Source: Chloroflexota bacterium (GTDB lineage: Bacteria; Chloroflexota; Dehalococcoidia; Bin125). Taken from it: a DNA stretch of 64,000 bases. The DNA lies in NCBI GenBank assembly GCA_009838915.1, contig VXQT01000013.1, forward strand, positions 135,746 through 199,745, read 5' to 3'. Position numbers and translations under genes: made by a program. The notes beneath the pieces were generated by a model. That model searched no databases. It saw nothing but the letters and a program-made list of their open reading frames with translations, and was not told where the DNA came from. This document shows positions 56,067 to 64,000 of the stretch, piece by piece (position 1 is the stretch's first letter; each line of letters starts with the position of its first letter).

Positions 56067-56953
56067 CACGCGTACGAGAGCCCAAGCCGAAGTGGATTCG
56101 GGCGCAGTTCCCTTCTGGAGCGCGATACAACGAGATCAAGCGGCTATTGCGGGAGGACACGCTTCACACGGTCTGCGAGGAGGCGCGATGCCCGAACATC
56201 GGAGAGTGCTTCAATCGCGGCACGGCGACTTTCATGATCCTTGGGGATACCTGCACGCGGGCCTGCGGATTCTGCGCGGTGACCTCGGGCAAACCGGCGC
56301 CGCTCGATTGGACCGAGCCGCGCCGACTGGCCGACGCGGTCGCTCGGCTCAACCTTGCGTACGTCGTCATCACTTCGGTCAATCGCGACGACGCAGCGGA
56401 CGGCGGCGCGCAGATCTTCGCTTCCTGTATCGAACTGATCCGCCAGCGGCGGCCGCAGACCGCGGTCGAGGTGCTGATTCCCGACTTTCTCGGTGACCGG
56501 TACGCGTTGGAAACTGTGCTCAAGGCCCGGCCCACTGTGCTCAATCACAATGTCGAGACGGTTCAACGGCTCTATCCGACCGTGCGATTTCAGGCTCGGT
56601 ACAGGCGATCGCTGGAGTTGCTGCTGCGGGCATCGGAATGGTCGCCGCAGATACCGACCAAGACCGGCTTCATGCTGGGTCTGGGCGAAGAGCGAGACGA
56701 AGTGTCGGAGCTGCTGAGAGATCTGCGCTCCGTGAACGTCGACTTGCTGACTGTTGGCCAATACCTACGGCCCTCGGCGAAGCATCTGCCGGTGGATCGC
56801 TATGCGCCGCCTCAGGAGTTTGACTCGATTCGCGAAGAAGCCCTGAGCCTGGGATTCCGACACGTGGAATCGGGACCGATGGTCCGCAGCTCATACCACG
56901 CCGACGAACAGGCTCGTGCGGCGCAGCTCGTCAACGTTCAACTCCACGCCTGA
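56063..56953 (+). CDS. lipA: Lipoyl synthase
   Basis: Radical-SAM clusters CEEARCPNIGEC and CTRACGFC. ATGA overlap with lipB. Confidence 0.9.
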   Translation: MTRVREPKPKWIRAQFPSGARYNEIKRLLREDTLHTVCEEARCPNIGECFNRGTATFMILGDTCTRACGFCAVTSGKPAPLDWTEPRRLADAVARLNLAYVVITSVNRDDAADGGAQIFASCIELIRQRRPQTAVEVLIPDFLGDRYALETVLKARPTVLNHNVETVQRLYPTVRFQARYRRSLELLLRASEWSPQIPTKTGFMLGLGEERDEVSELLRDLRSVNVDLLTVGQYLRPSAKHLPVDRYAPPQEFDSIREEALSLGFRHVESGPMVRSSYHADEQARAAQLVNVQLHA

Positions 56954-56969
56954 CGCCGGTCGAATCCGG

Positions 56970-57827
56970 CTACGACTCTTCGCCTCCATCCACGTCACGC
57001 GGTACGAGCAACACATCGCCCGGATGGATGAAACTGAAGCCGTCGAGGCTGTTTAGCTCCATCAGCTTGTTGACGGTGGTGCTGTAGCGTTCCGCGATGT
57101 CATAAAGCGTGTCGCCGTCCTCCACTACGTACTCAAACGTGTTGGCTGATTGCGGCAAGGCGACTTCGTTGTCTTCCGCGTCCTGTGAGGCTGCTGAGGC
57201 CGGAGTTGGCGCGGCGACCACGATCGGCTTCACGACCGCGTTGGACTGCGAAGCTTGGGAGGAACTGGAGGATTGGCTGGGAGCGATGTGCTGCGTGTTG
57301 GCCGGGGGACTGACTTCGGATACGGAGGCGCTGGTGCTCGTCAGCCCAGTCTGTGCACTCTGGACGGGCTGCAACTGACGAGGGCTTGTTGCCGCGTTTC
57401 CCAGTTCCCCCTCGCCGCTTCGGTCAATCGCGGCGACATCGTCCCGCAACATGGTCTCGGCTCCATCGACAGTCGGAGCATCGGAGCCCAGGGCGCCGCC
57501 GATGAAGAGAAGAATTGCCAAGGCTCCTATCGGAGCCAGCAGCATTGATACCTGGACTCCAGCCACGGGTCGTCGGGTCGTGCGGAGTGACGCACCCGTC
57601 AGACCGTACGCGGAGACATGGGCGAAAGGAGATTCCTGCGGACGTCGGATTGTCTCCGTCTGTGCGTCGATTCGATCTCGCCACCAGATCGCACCGCCGG
57701 CAAGTACAAGCGGGACACCGATCATCAGCAACCAGGTCCCGTGTCCAGGCCAGGTCAGACTGCACAGCAGGAGCAAGAGGAAGGCCGCGGCCGCTGAGGC
57801 CGCTGCGGGCTTTGGCTGCACTCTCAT
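56970..57827 (-). CDS. LysM domain-containing membrane protein
   Basis: Two TM segments, a Ser/Thr/Gln-rich linker, and a C-terminal LysM (YVVEDGDTLYDIAERY...). Confidence 0.65.
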   Translation of the reverse strand: MRVQPKPAAASAAAAFLLLLLCSLTWPGHGTWLLMIGVPLVLAGGAIWWRDRIDAQTETIRRPQESPFAHVSAYGLTGASLRTTRRPVAGVQVSMLLAPIGALAILLFIGGALGSDAPTVDGAETMLRDDVAAIDRSGEGELGNAATSPRQLQPVQSAQTGLTSTSASVSEVSPPANTQHIAPSQSSSSSQASQSNAVVKPIVVAAPTPASAASQDAEDNEVALPQSANTFEYVVEDGDTLYDIAERYSTTVNKLMELNSLDGFSFIHPGDVLLVPRDVDGGEES

Positions 57828-58037
57828 GATGTCGTTGGCCGCGCCGCCGACGCACCAGCGACTTCACTGTAGTCGACCTTGCATTCCGGCGGAGGGCGTC
57901 GACTTTCTGGTTGGCACGCGCACAACTGCAGGGAAGTCGGACCTGGTCGCGTACACTCGCGGGAACACTCCAGTCTTGACGCGATCCAAGACTGCGCAGC
58001 CATTGCGACAGACAGGTGCGAGGGAGCGTGAACGGCG

Positions 58038-59324
58038 ATGACCCAGACGCAGTCGGACACGCCGTCGCTGAGTGAGTTAGCCCAGGCCGCCGGCCTGCGC
58101 ATGGAGGAGATGGACGGACACCAGCGGGAAGCAGGCACGGCCGACATTTTCGAGCGGATATCGCATTTTCAGCTCGCCGACCAGGCGCGAGCCGCTGGGC
58201 TCTACCCGTTCTTCCAGCCAATCGAGGTGAACGACGGTCCAGAGGCGATTGTCGACGGCAAGCGCGTGATCATGCTCGGGTCGAACAACTACCTGGGGCT
58301 GACCCGGCACCCGAAGGTGCTGGAATCGGCGCGTGCGGCACTGGAACGATTCGGCCCCTCGATGACCGGCTCTCGACTGCTCAACGGGACCAGTCACGTG
58401 CATCTCGAACTGGAAGAGGCCCTGGCCGATTTCCTGGGAATGGAAACGGCAATTGTCTTCTCGACCGGCTACCTGGCCAATCTGGGCGCGGTCTCGGCGC
58501 TCGTGGATCGTCACGGCGTGTCGGTGCTTGATCGCGACGTGCACGCGTCGATCTATGACGCGGCCGGGCTCGCGTTGGGCAAATACACTCGCTTTCAACA
58601 TAACGATCCCGCGCATCTCGACCGGGTCTTGAGCAATCTTCCACCTGAGCAGCCGCGGCTTGTCTTGATCGACGGCGCGTACTCGATGGGCGGCGATCTC
58701 GCTCCGCTCCCCGAGCTGCGTGAGGTCTGCCGCAGGCACAACACGCGGATGCTGGTCGATGACGCGCATGCGATCGGGACCGTGGGCCCCACTGGTCGAG
58801 GCACCCGGTCGCACTTTGGGCTTGAGGAACCGGATGACCTCACGATCGGCACCTTCAGCAAGACGCTGGCTTCGGTCGGCGGATTCTGCGCCGGTCCCCG
58901 CATGGTGATCGAGTACATTCGTCACTTCTCACGTCCGATGTTGTTCACAGCGGCGCTGCCGCCTGCGTCCGCGGCGGCGGCACTGGCCGCGCTGCGCCTG
59001 ATCGACGAAGAGAACTGGCGCGTGTCACGGGTCCAGGAGATCGGAGCGCGGATGCGCGAGAGCTTGTCCTCGCTCGGGTTCGATGTGGCGAACTCTGCCA
59101 CGCCGATCATCCCCATCCGTGTCGGAGATGAAGTGCGGACGGCGGCATTCTGGCGCGATCTGTTGAACAATGGGGTGTACACCAACGCAGTCATCGCGCC
59201 GGCGGTGCCTCGTGGCCAGGCAATACTGCGCACGTCGTACATGGCCACGCACACCGATGAACAACTCGACCGGGCGCTCGAGATCTTCGCAGAAGCAGGA
59301 CGTCGCCACGGAGTGATCGAGTAA
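58038..59324 (+). CDS. Alpha-oxoamine synthase family PLP enzyme (8-amino-7-oxononanoate synthase / serine palmitoyltransferase-like)
   Basis: PLP-Lys context in GTFSKTLASVGGF, plus SGYLANLG and a fold-type I architecture. Confidence 0.8.
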   Translation: MTQTQSDTPSLSELAQAAGLRMEEMDGHQREAGTADIFERISHFQLADQARAAGLYPFFQPIEVNDGPEAIVDGKRVIMLGSNNYLGLTRHPKVLESARAALERFGPSMTGSRLLNGTSHVHLELEEALADFLGMETAIVFSTGYLANLGAVSALVDRHGVSVLDRDVHASIYDAAGLALGKYTRFQHNDPAHLDRVLSNLPPEQPRLVLIDGAYSMGGDLAPLPELREVCRRHNTRMLVDDAHAIGTVGPTGRGTRSHFGLEEPDDLTIGTFSKTLASVGGFCAGPRMVIEYIRHFSRPMLFTAALPPASAAAALAALRLIDEENWRVSRVQEIGARMRESLSSLGFDVANSATPIIPIRVGDEVRTAAFWRDLLNNGVYTNAVIAPAVPRGQAILRTSYMATHTDEQLDRALEIFAEAGRRHGVIE

Positions 59325-59330
59325 ACCGCT

Positions 59331-60308
59331 GTGCGTGTGCTGCTGACCGGTGGCAGCGGGTTTGTGGGAGGGCACATCGCCCACTCCCTGGCCGCGTCCG
59401 GGCATGAGTTGCGCCTGCTGCTGCGGCCAACGAGCAATACGTCTTTCGTTGGCGATCTTCCCTTCGAGCGGTGCGTCGGAGACCTGCAGCGGCCCGACTC
59501 CCTGCGTTCGGCCTGCCATGGCGTTGATGCAGTCGTGCACGCCGCGGCGGTTTTGCGGGCGGCGGATGCGAAGGAGTTCATGCGCGCCAATCAAGAAGGC
59601 ACGAGGCACCTGGCGGAAGCAGCCGTGAACTCAGGCGTGAAGCGGATGGTCTACATCTCCTCGTTAGCTGCACAGGGGCCCTCGCGTGACGGCGTCGCGG
59701 AGTCGACTGAGGTGAAGCCACATCCGGTCTCGGCCTACGGCCGATCGAAACTCGAAGGGGAGAGGATGCTAGAGGAGTTTCGAGACTGCGTGGACGTAGT
59801 CAGCCTGCGTCCGCCGCTCGTGTACGGTCCCGGCGACACGGGGCTGCTGGCGTTCTTTTGGATGGCGCGGCGGGGATTTGCCGTCCGGCTAGGCAACGGC
59901 TCCAACATGGTTGACGCGATCTATGGACCTGACCTGGCGGACGCGGTGACGGCTCTAATGAAGACCGAGCGTCTGTCTCAGGACTGCTACTACGTCAGCG
60001 ATCCCGAGGGGCCGTATAGCTGGAACGACTTGCTCTCCGGGCTGGCTGAGGTCGCTGACCGCAGGCTGTTCATTCCGTCGCTCTCTCCCGGAGTCTTCCA
60101 CGGCCTTGCCCGCTGTTCCGAGTGGTGGGCGCAACTGAGCAGGACGGAACCGATGCTGGATCGAACACGGGTGCTGGAGATGCGCCAGCCCGCCTGGCTA
60201 TGCGACTCCTCGGCGCTGAGCCGAGACACCGGTTGGCAGTCCCGGACACGACTGGAGAACGGACTGGCGGAGACGATGCGCTGGTATCGCGAGCAGGGCT
60301 GGGTCTGA
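59331..60308 (+). CDS. NAD-dependent epimerase/dehydratase family protein (extended SDR)
   Basis: (V)RVLLTGGSGFVGGHI Rossmann motif and YGRSK catalytic motif. GTG start. Confidence 0.8.
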   Translation: MRVLLTGGSGFVGGHIAHSLAASGHELRLLLRPTSNTSFVGDLPFERCVGDLQRPDSLRSACHGVDAVVHAAAVLRAADAKEFMRANQEGTRHLAEAAVNSGVKRMVYISSLAAQGPSRDGVAESTEVKPHPVSAYGRSKLEGERMLEEFRDCVDVVSLRPPLVYGPGDTGLLAFFWMARRGFAVRLGNGSNMVDAIYGPDLADAVTALMKTERLSQDCYYVSDPEGPYSWNDLLSGLAEVADRRLFIPSLSPGVFHGLARCSEWWAQLSRTEPMLDRTRVLEMRQPAWLCDSSALSRDTGWQSRTRLENGLAETMRWYREQGWV

Positions 60309-60326
60309 CGAGGGAGAGTCGCGACG

Positions 60327-60899
60327 ATGCTGTGGTCGTTCGATCTTGATGGCGTGCTCGCCGAACCGCCATTCGGCTGGAATCCAGCAATCGATCAAGA
60401 TGTAACGCTCGCGCCTGCGTCCGACGTACAACGTCCGTCGGTTCCAGGCCGACACGTCGTCGATCGGCTGCTGGAGAGTTCGTGGTACCGCGTTCGCTAC
60501 TTCAAGCGCCCGCCTCGCGCCGGTGCGAGAGAGGCGGTCCGGGCCGCTGCGCAGTGCGGACGCGTAATGATCTTGACCGGTCGTCACGAGCGTGGACGGA
60601 GGCAGACGCAAGCCTGGTTGGAGCGTCATGGGTTCGACTCGTTGGTCGAAGAGTTGGTGATGAACGGCTCGCCGTTGAAGTCGGCGCGCTTCAAGGAAGC
60701 AGTCCTACGGGTCCGTGACGCAGCACTTCATATCGACGATGACGCAGCCACCTGTGCGCTGTTGGCGCGCAATGGCGTAGAGGTAGGACTAGTGAGCTGG
60801 CCTCGCAATCGAGGACTGGACTACCCCGACGGCGTAACTCGCTGTGACGATCTGGAGGATGTACGCACGTTGATCGAGCGAGTGGCGCGAGGTGATTGA
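60327..60899 (+). CDS. HAD superfamily hydrolase
   Basis: Motif I FDLDGVL at the N-terminus, with later Asp-rich motifs (HIDDD). Confidence 0.6.
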   Translation: MLWSFDLDGVLAEPPFGWNPAIDQDVTLAPASDVQRPSVPGRHVVDRLLESSWYRVRYFKRPPRAGAREAVRAAAQCGRVMILTGRHERGRRQTQAWLERHGFDSLVEELVMNGSPLKSARFKEAVLRVRDAALHIDDDAATCALLARNGVEVGLVSWPRNRGLDYPDGVTRCDDLEDVRTLIERVARGD

Positions 60900-61245
60900 T
60901 CCGGTCGCTTCGACGGCGCCGCCAGAAGCGGTCTGGCAGCTCCTGCGTGACGAGGCGGCCGAAGGCGTTGAAACGGGTCAGGCAGAGATTCTCGTAGAAC
61001 GTCCGCAGCGGGAGCTTCTGATCGAGGTCCGCATGGGAATCGGATTTCGCGTGCAGCATGCATACCGGATTGAGCGACGCGCAGACGGCTGCCGCTTGTC
61101 CGACCGGATCAGGCCGCTGGGTTGGCGCTGGAGACTGAGCAACGTGTTTCTGTTCGGCCGCGGGCTTCGTCCGATCGAAGCAGCGGCGCACCAGGGACTC
61201 CTGAACCTGAGTCGTGCAGCGGCGTCCGACTACAAGCGCGAATGA
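60892..61245 (+). CDS. Hypothetical protein, possibly an SRPBCC/polyketide-cyclase-like small domain
   Basis: 117-aa ORF overlapping the HAD gene stop by 8 bp. No clear motif. Confidence 0.3.
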   Translation: MIDPVASTAPPEAVWQLLRDEAAEGVETGQAEILVERPQRELLIEVRMGIGFRVQHAYRIERRADGCRLSDRIRPLGWRWRLSNVFLFGRGLRPIEAAAHQGLLNLSRAAASDYKRE

Positions 61246-61398
61246 CGAGCGAAGCCTCCTGCAAGATCGAGACCACTGGCATTAGCCGCGATCTCCGCTG
61301 CAAACGCGGTGAGCGTCGTTCAAATGGCGCTTGCTCCCTCATGTGTAGAGTGTGTGCAGCGGCAGGGCTGGCTCTTGTGTCAGCGGAAGGCGCGACAC

Positions 61399-62796
61399 AT
61401 GGTCCCTCTGGTTGGATGTGAGTTTGCGCGACTCGGTCGTGCGGCATTGCTTGCAATGGTGTTACTCCTCTCCGCGGTCGCCGGCGCCGCCTTGACTTTG
61501 GCTGGCGCGGAGGAACCTAGTGACCTGGTAACCCAGGAGATGCAGAACCCGGCTGTGCCCGGACTGACCGCTGCGGCATTCTCAGAGAGTTTGAGCGGGC
61601 GGGTCTACGTTTGGGATCATGGGCGGCTTCGACCGGCGGCGAGCGCAAAGGTGTCAACCGGCAGCGCGATGGTGCGCACCGACAGCAGCGGTCGATTCCA
61701 GTTCGGAGCCGAAGATCGAACCGGCTCGCTCACGGTGATTCAGCCGGGCTACGACATCGTCCGACGACCAATCTACTTCGATCAAACAGTGATCGTCTTG
61801 CGCAGCCTGGTCGTGCGAGCGGTCTACATTCCGTTCAATGAAATGACCGATCCGGTGGTGCAAGCCTGGGCGCACGACCTCGTGGACCGGAACCTGATTA
61901 ACGCCGTGGTGGTGGATATCAAGGACGAAGTGGGGCTCGTCTATTCGTTCGCGGCGACGCCAACCGTCAGGCAGATGGAGGCAGATCGGGACGGGGAGTC
62001 GGTCGCCGCGTTCCTCGAGGAATTGAAGAACAAGGGCGTCTATCGGATCGGTCGAGTCGTAACTTTCCTTGACCGCACCTACCCTCGATGGTTCACGGAC
62101 GATGCCCTGCGCAGTCTGAGCGGCGGCCTGTTCTTTGATTCGATGGGAAGCACGTGGTCCTCCGCCTACAAGAGCGGCGCGCGCCGGTACAACATCGAGA
62201 TCGGCGTCGCGGCTGCGGACTACGTGGAAGAGATTCAATACGACTACGTCAGATTGCCCTATGAGAACGGGCTGTTGGAGCGCCAACAGTACAGCGCGGC
62301 AGATCGGGTCGCGGCAATCACGAGGTTCGCGAAGGAAGCGAGCGCAGCGCTGCACTTGGCCGGGCTGGCGGTTTCGTTTGACACATTCGGCGTCGTCTCA
62401 ACGGCCGGCAACGATCAAGGCATCGGACAATCGGTCGAGGGTCTGGCCCCATACCTCGACTACATCTCGCCGATGGTCTATCCGAGCGGCTGGACGCCTG
62501 GTTCGTTCGGCTACGCCTATCCGCCCGCGCATCCGGGACCAGTCGTGCAGCGTAACGTCGAGGCAACCGTGGAGCGCATTGAAACGCCGGGCTCGGCGCT
62601 GGTGCGTCCCTGGCTTCAGGACTTCCACGACTATCAACGGCGCGGATTGCCGTATCTCGCCGAGCAGGTTCACGCACAGATCGCGGCCACGGCCGCAGCA
62701 GGAGGTTTTGGCTTCATGCTCTGGGATCCGTCGCTGCGGTACGAGCAGCAGGCGCTGGAACAGGCGTTAGCGATTGTCTGGGCCGACGCCGGCTAG
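61399..62796 (+). CDS. Putative secreted glycoside-hydrolase-like protein (DUF4015 / GH-like TIM barrel)
   Basis: Signal/TM N-terminus followed by a long conserved domain resembling putative glycosyl hydrolase domain proteins. Internal ATG chosen as start; the ORF track starts at 61309. Confidence 0.45.
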   Translation: MVPLVGCEFARLGRAALLAMVLLLSAVAGAALTLAGAEEPSDLVTQEMQNPAVPGLTAAAFSESLSGRVYVWDHGRLRPAASAKVSTGSAMVRTDSSGRFQFGAEDRTGSLTVIQPGYDIVRRPIYFDQTVIVLRSLVVRAVYIPFNEMTDPVVQAWAHDLVDRNLINAVVVDIKDEVGLVYSFAATPTVRQMEADRDGESVAAFLEELKNKGVYRIGRVVTFLDRTYPRWFTDDALRSLSGGLFFDSMGSTWSSAYKSGARRYNIEIGVAAADYVEEIQYDYVRLPYENGLLERQQYSAADRVAAITRFAKEASAALHLAGLAVSFDTFGVVSTAGNDQGIGQSVEGLAPYLDYISPMVYPSGWTPGSFGYAYPPAHPGPVVQRNVEATVERIETPGSALVRPWLQDFHDYQRRGLPYLAEQVHAQIAATAAAGGFGFMLWDPSLRYEQQALEQALAIVWADAG

Positions 62797-62799
62797 CTG

Positions 62800-63582
62800 T
62801 TAGATGCCGTTGCCCCAACCCGCATCGACCAGGAACCGATTGAGTTGACCGTTGAACTCCTCGGCCCGTTCGAAGTAGACACTGTGTCCGGTCGCCGGAA
62901 CCTCGTAGTACTCCGAGCCGGAAACGTGCGCGTGCGCCTCGCGCATCACGATCGGTGAGACCAACGGGTCATTTCCTCCGACGATCCAGAGCACCGGCAT
63001 CGGCAGATCGGCGACGGCATCGGCGTCGGGCGCGAGTTCGCCAAGCATGCCGATCAGCTCAGGATCACGCGGCGGATTCATGGCCATGATCTCGTCGTAG
63101 AGGAAGGCGAGCGCCGGATCACGGTCGCGTAGGCCCTGATCGTAGGCGAGCTGGCCAAGTCCCTGGCCTTCGACAAGTTTGCGCGTCTCTTCCCAGGGGC
63201 CCCGGATCGCGTCGGTCATCAGTCCGCCCATGGTGTCGGCCATAACCAACGCAGCGACCCGCTCGGGCGCCTGTAACGCTGCGCCAAGGCAGGTCCAGCC
63301 GCCCATCGACTGCGCGACCAGGGCAGCCCGCTCAATGCGTAGCTCGTCCATCAAGGCGATGAGATCGTCGACAAACGCAGCGGGACCGGGACCTCCCGTA
63401 GGAATGCTGCGGCCCCAGCCCCGGTGATCGAACGCGACGCAGCGATAGGACCGGGCGAAGAGCGGAATCTGCTGCCACCAGGAGAGGTGGTTACCTCCGG
63501 CGCCGTGGGCGAAGACGATCGCCGGTCCGCTACCAGTCTCCTCGTAGAAGAGGTCGCAGTTCGGTCGTTCGATGGTTGGCAT
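62800..63582 (-). CDS. Alpha/beta hydrolase
   Basis: HGAGGN oxyanion region and SMGG nucleophile elbow. Internal ATG chosen as start; the ORF track extends to 63837. Confidence 0.75.
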   Translation of the reverse strand: MPTIERPNCDLFYEETGSGPAIVFAHGAGGNHLSWWQQIPLFARSYRCVAFDHRGWGRSIPTGGPGPAAFVDDLIALMDELRIERAALVAQSMGGWTCLGAALQAPERVAALVMADTMGGLMTDAIRGPWEETRKLVEGQGLGQLAYDQGLRDRDPALAFLYDEIMAMNPPRDPELIGMLGELAPDADAVADLPMPVLWIVGGNDPLVSPIVMREAHAHVSGSEYYEVPATGHSVYFERAEEFNGQLNRFLVDAGWGNGI

Positions 63583-63687
63583 GCAATCCTCCGGATGCTG
63601 AGGCTCTGTTCGGCAAGGCATACGCTCTGGTTGCAGGACTGAGACTAACAACAGCAGTTTCGGCGAGGCGACAGACCGGTGGCGACG

Positions 63688-64000
63688 ATGCGGATTGCGC
63701 TGACTGGGGGCGAGGAGGAGCTGGGCAGGGCCGTGCTCGCGGAGTTGGTTCGACATGACGTTGAGATCGTTGCGATTGACTTCGCCGGAGACGGAGAGAT
63801 GGCGCCGCTTCCTCCGGATGTGACGCACGTGGTGCACGCGTCTTCACTTGTCGAATCCGGGCACTCGGCGTCGACTTACACCTCGGCGAACGTGCATGCC
63901 ACGACGACGCTGCTGGATGCATGCAGGCAACGGGACATCGAGCAGGTCGTGTTGATCTCAACGACAGAGACTTACGGACGACGATTACCGCCGTGGCCGG
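63688..64000 (+). CDS. NAD-dependent epimerase/dehydratase family protein, 3'-truncated by the window edge
   Basis: MRIALTGGEEELGRAVL... Rossmann-like N-terminus. Runs to the end of the window. Confidence 0.45.
   Translation, partial: MRIALTGGEEELGRAVLAELVRHDVEIVAIDFAGDGEMAPLPPDVTHVVHASSLVESGHSASTYTSANVHATTTLLDACRQRDIEQVVLISTTETYGRRLPPWP

Noticed and set aside
1-64000. Mobile elements, prophage, tRNA or rRNA genes
   Set aside because: No transposase or integrase-like ORFs were seen. No tRNA cloverleaf-like segments, no inverted terminal repeats, and no compositional islands apart from the short AT-richer nrdJ leader.

Overview
High-GC (roughly 65-70% by eye) bacterial chromosomal segment. 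It is densely coding, with about 62 protein genes. Many genes have 4-bp ATGA stop/start overlaps, suggesting operons. I found no rRNA, tRNA, CRISPR array, IS element or integrase. Gene content fits an aerobic, F420-using, high-GC bacterium, either Actinobacteria-like or Chloroflexota/Thermomicrobia-like; I cannot decide which from sequence alone.

Main blocks:
- 1-5.9 kb: two MacAB-type efflux modules in opposite gene order, flanking an SDR.
- 6-9.6 kb: a PPOX-class flavin/F420 protein, a formyltransferase, an FmdB zinc ribbon divergent from htpX, and a small voltage-sensor-type channel with an odd selectivity filter.
- 9.6-15 kb: a propionate/valine-type module (AMP-forming acyl-CoA synthetase, acyl-CoA carboxyltransferase, two tandem 3-hydroxyisobutyrate-dehydrogenase-like genes).
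- 15-17.8 kb: AlkA, a nitroreductase, and an NDP-forming acyl-CoA synthetase.
- 17.9-24.3 kb: a lipid-catabolic-looking cluster (two DUF3105-like exported proteins, two family-III CoA-transferases, a DUF35 OB-fold protein plus an SCP2-type thiolase, an SDR).
- 24.3-31.2 kb: M20 peptidase, sirtuin, LysM-M23 peptidase, two tandem alpha/beta hydrolases, a MetE-like protein.
- 31.5-34.4 kb: B12-dependent ribonucleotide reductase (nrdJ) with a long leader.
- 34.4-36.5 kb: three tandem zinc-ribbon/RDD membrane proteins.
- 36.5-39.2 kb: PHP phosphoesterase, a small acidic ORF, and cofD and cofC (F420 biosynthesis).
- 39.2-47 kb: acyl-CoA dehydrogenase, then a long minus-strand operon (MFS exporter, SAM methyltransferase, two paralogs of an uncharacterised ~360-aa family, a selenoprotein, a third paralog fused to a thioredoxin-like domain).
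- 47.4-49.7 kb: thioredoxin-TPR protein, a second FmdB zinc ribbon, folP.
- 49.7-57 kb: pyruvate dehydrogenase operon (aceE, E2, lpd) divergent from lipB-lipA.
- 57-64 kb: LysM membrane protein, alpha-oxoamine synthase, NAD-epimerase and HAD cluster, putative glycoside hydrolase, alpha/beta hydrolase.

The most notable finding is at 44800..45330 on the minus strand. A single in-frame TGA is followed by Gly-Ser-Cys (the U-G-S-C motif), and a hairpin starts 11 nt downstream of the TGA. This is a selenocysteine-containing UGSC-family selenoprotein that ordinary ORF calling splits into two fragments. It sits between three tandem paralogs of an unknown protein family, one of which is fused to a CxxC thioredoxin fold. 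Together these look like a candidate uncharacterised selenium-dependent redox system.

Other notable items: a perfect 48-bp direct repeat (a 1.6-copy tandem duplication with an 83-bp period) spanning a gene stop and the next gene's RBS; a recurring identical GC-rich palindrome at gene ends; and an HtpX protease carrying a Cys/His-rich insertion.

Coordinates for hairpins and repeats were read by eye and may be off by 1-2 nt.
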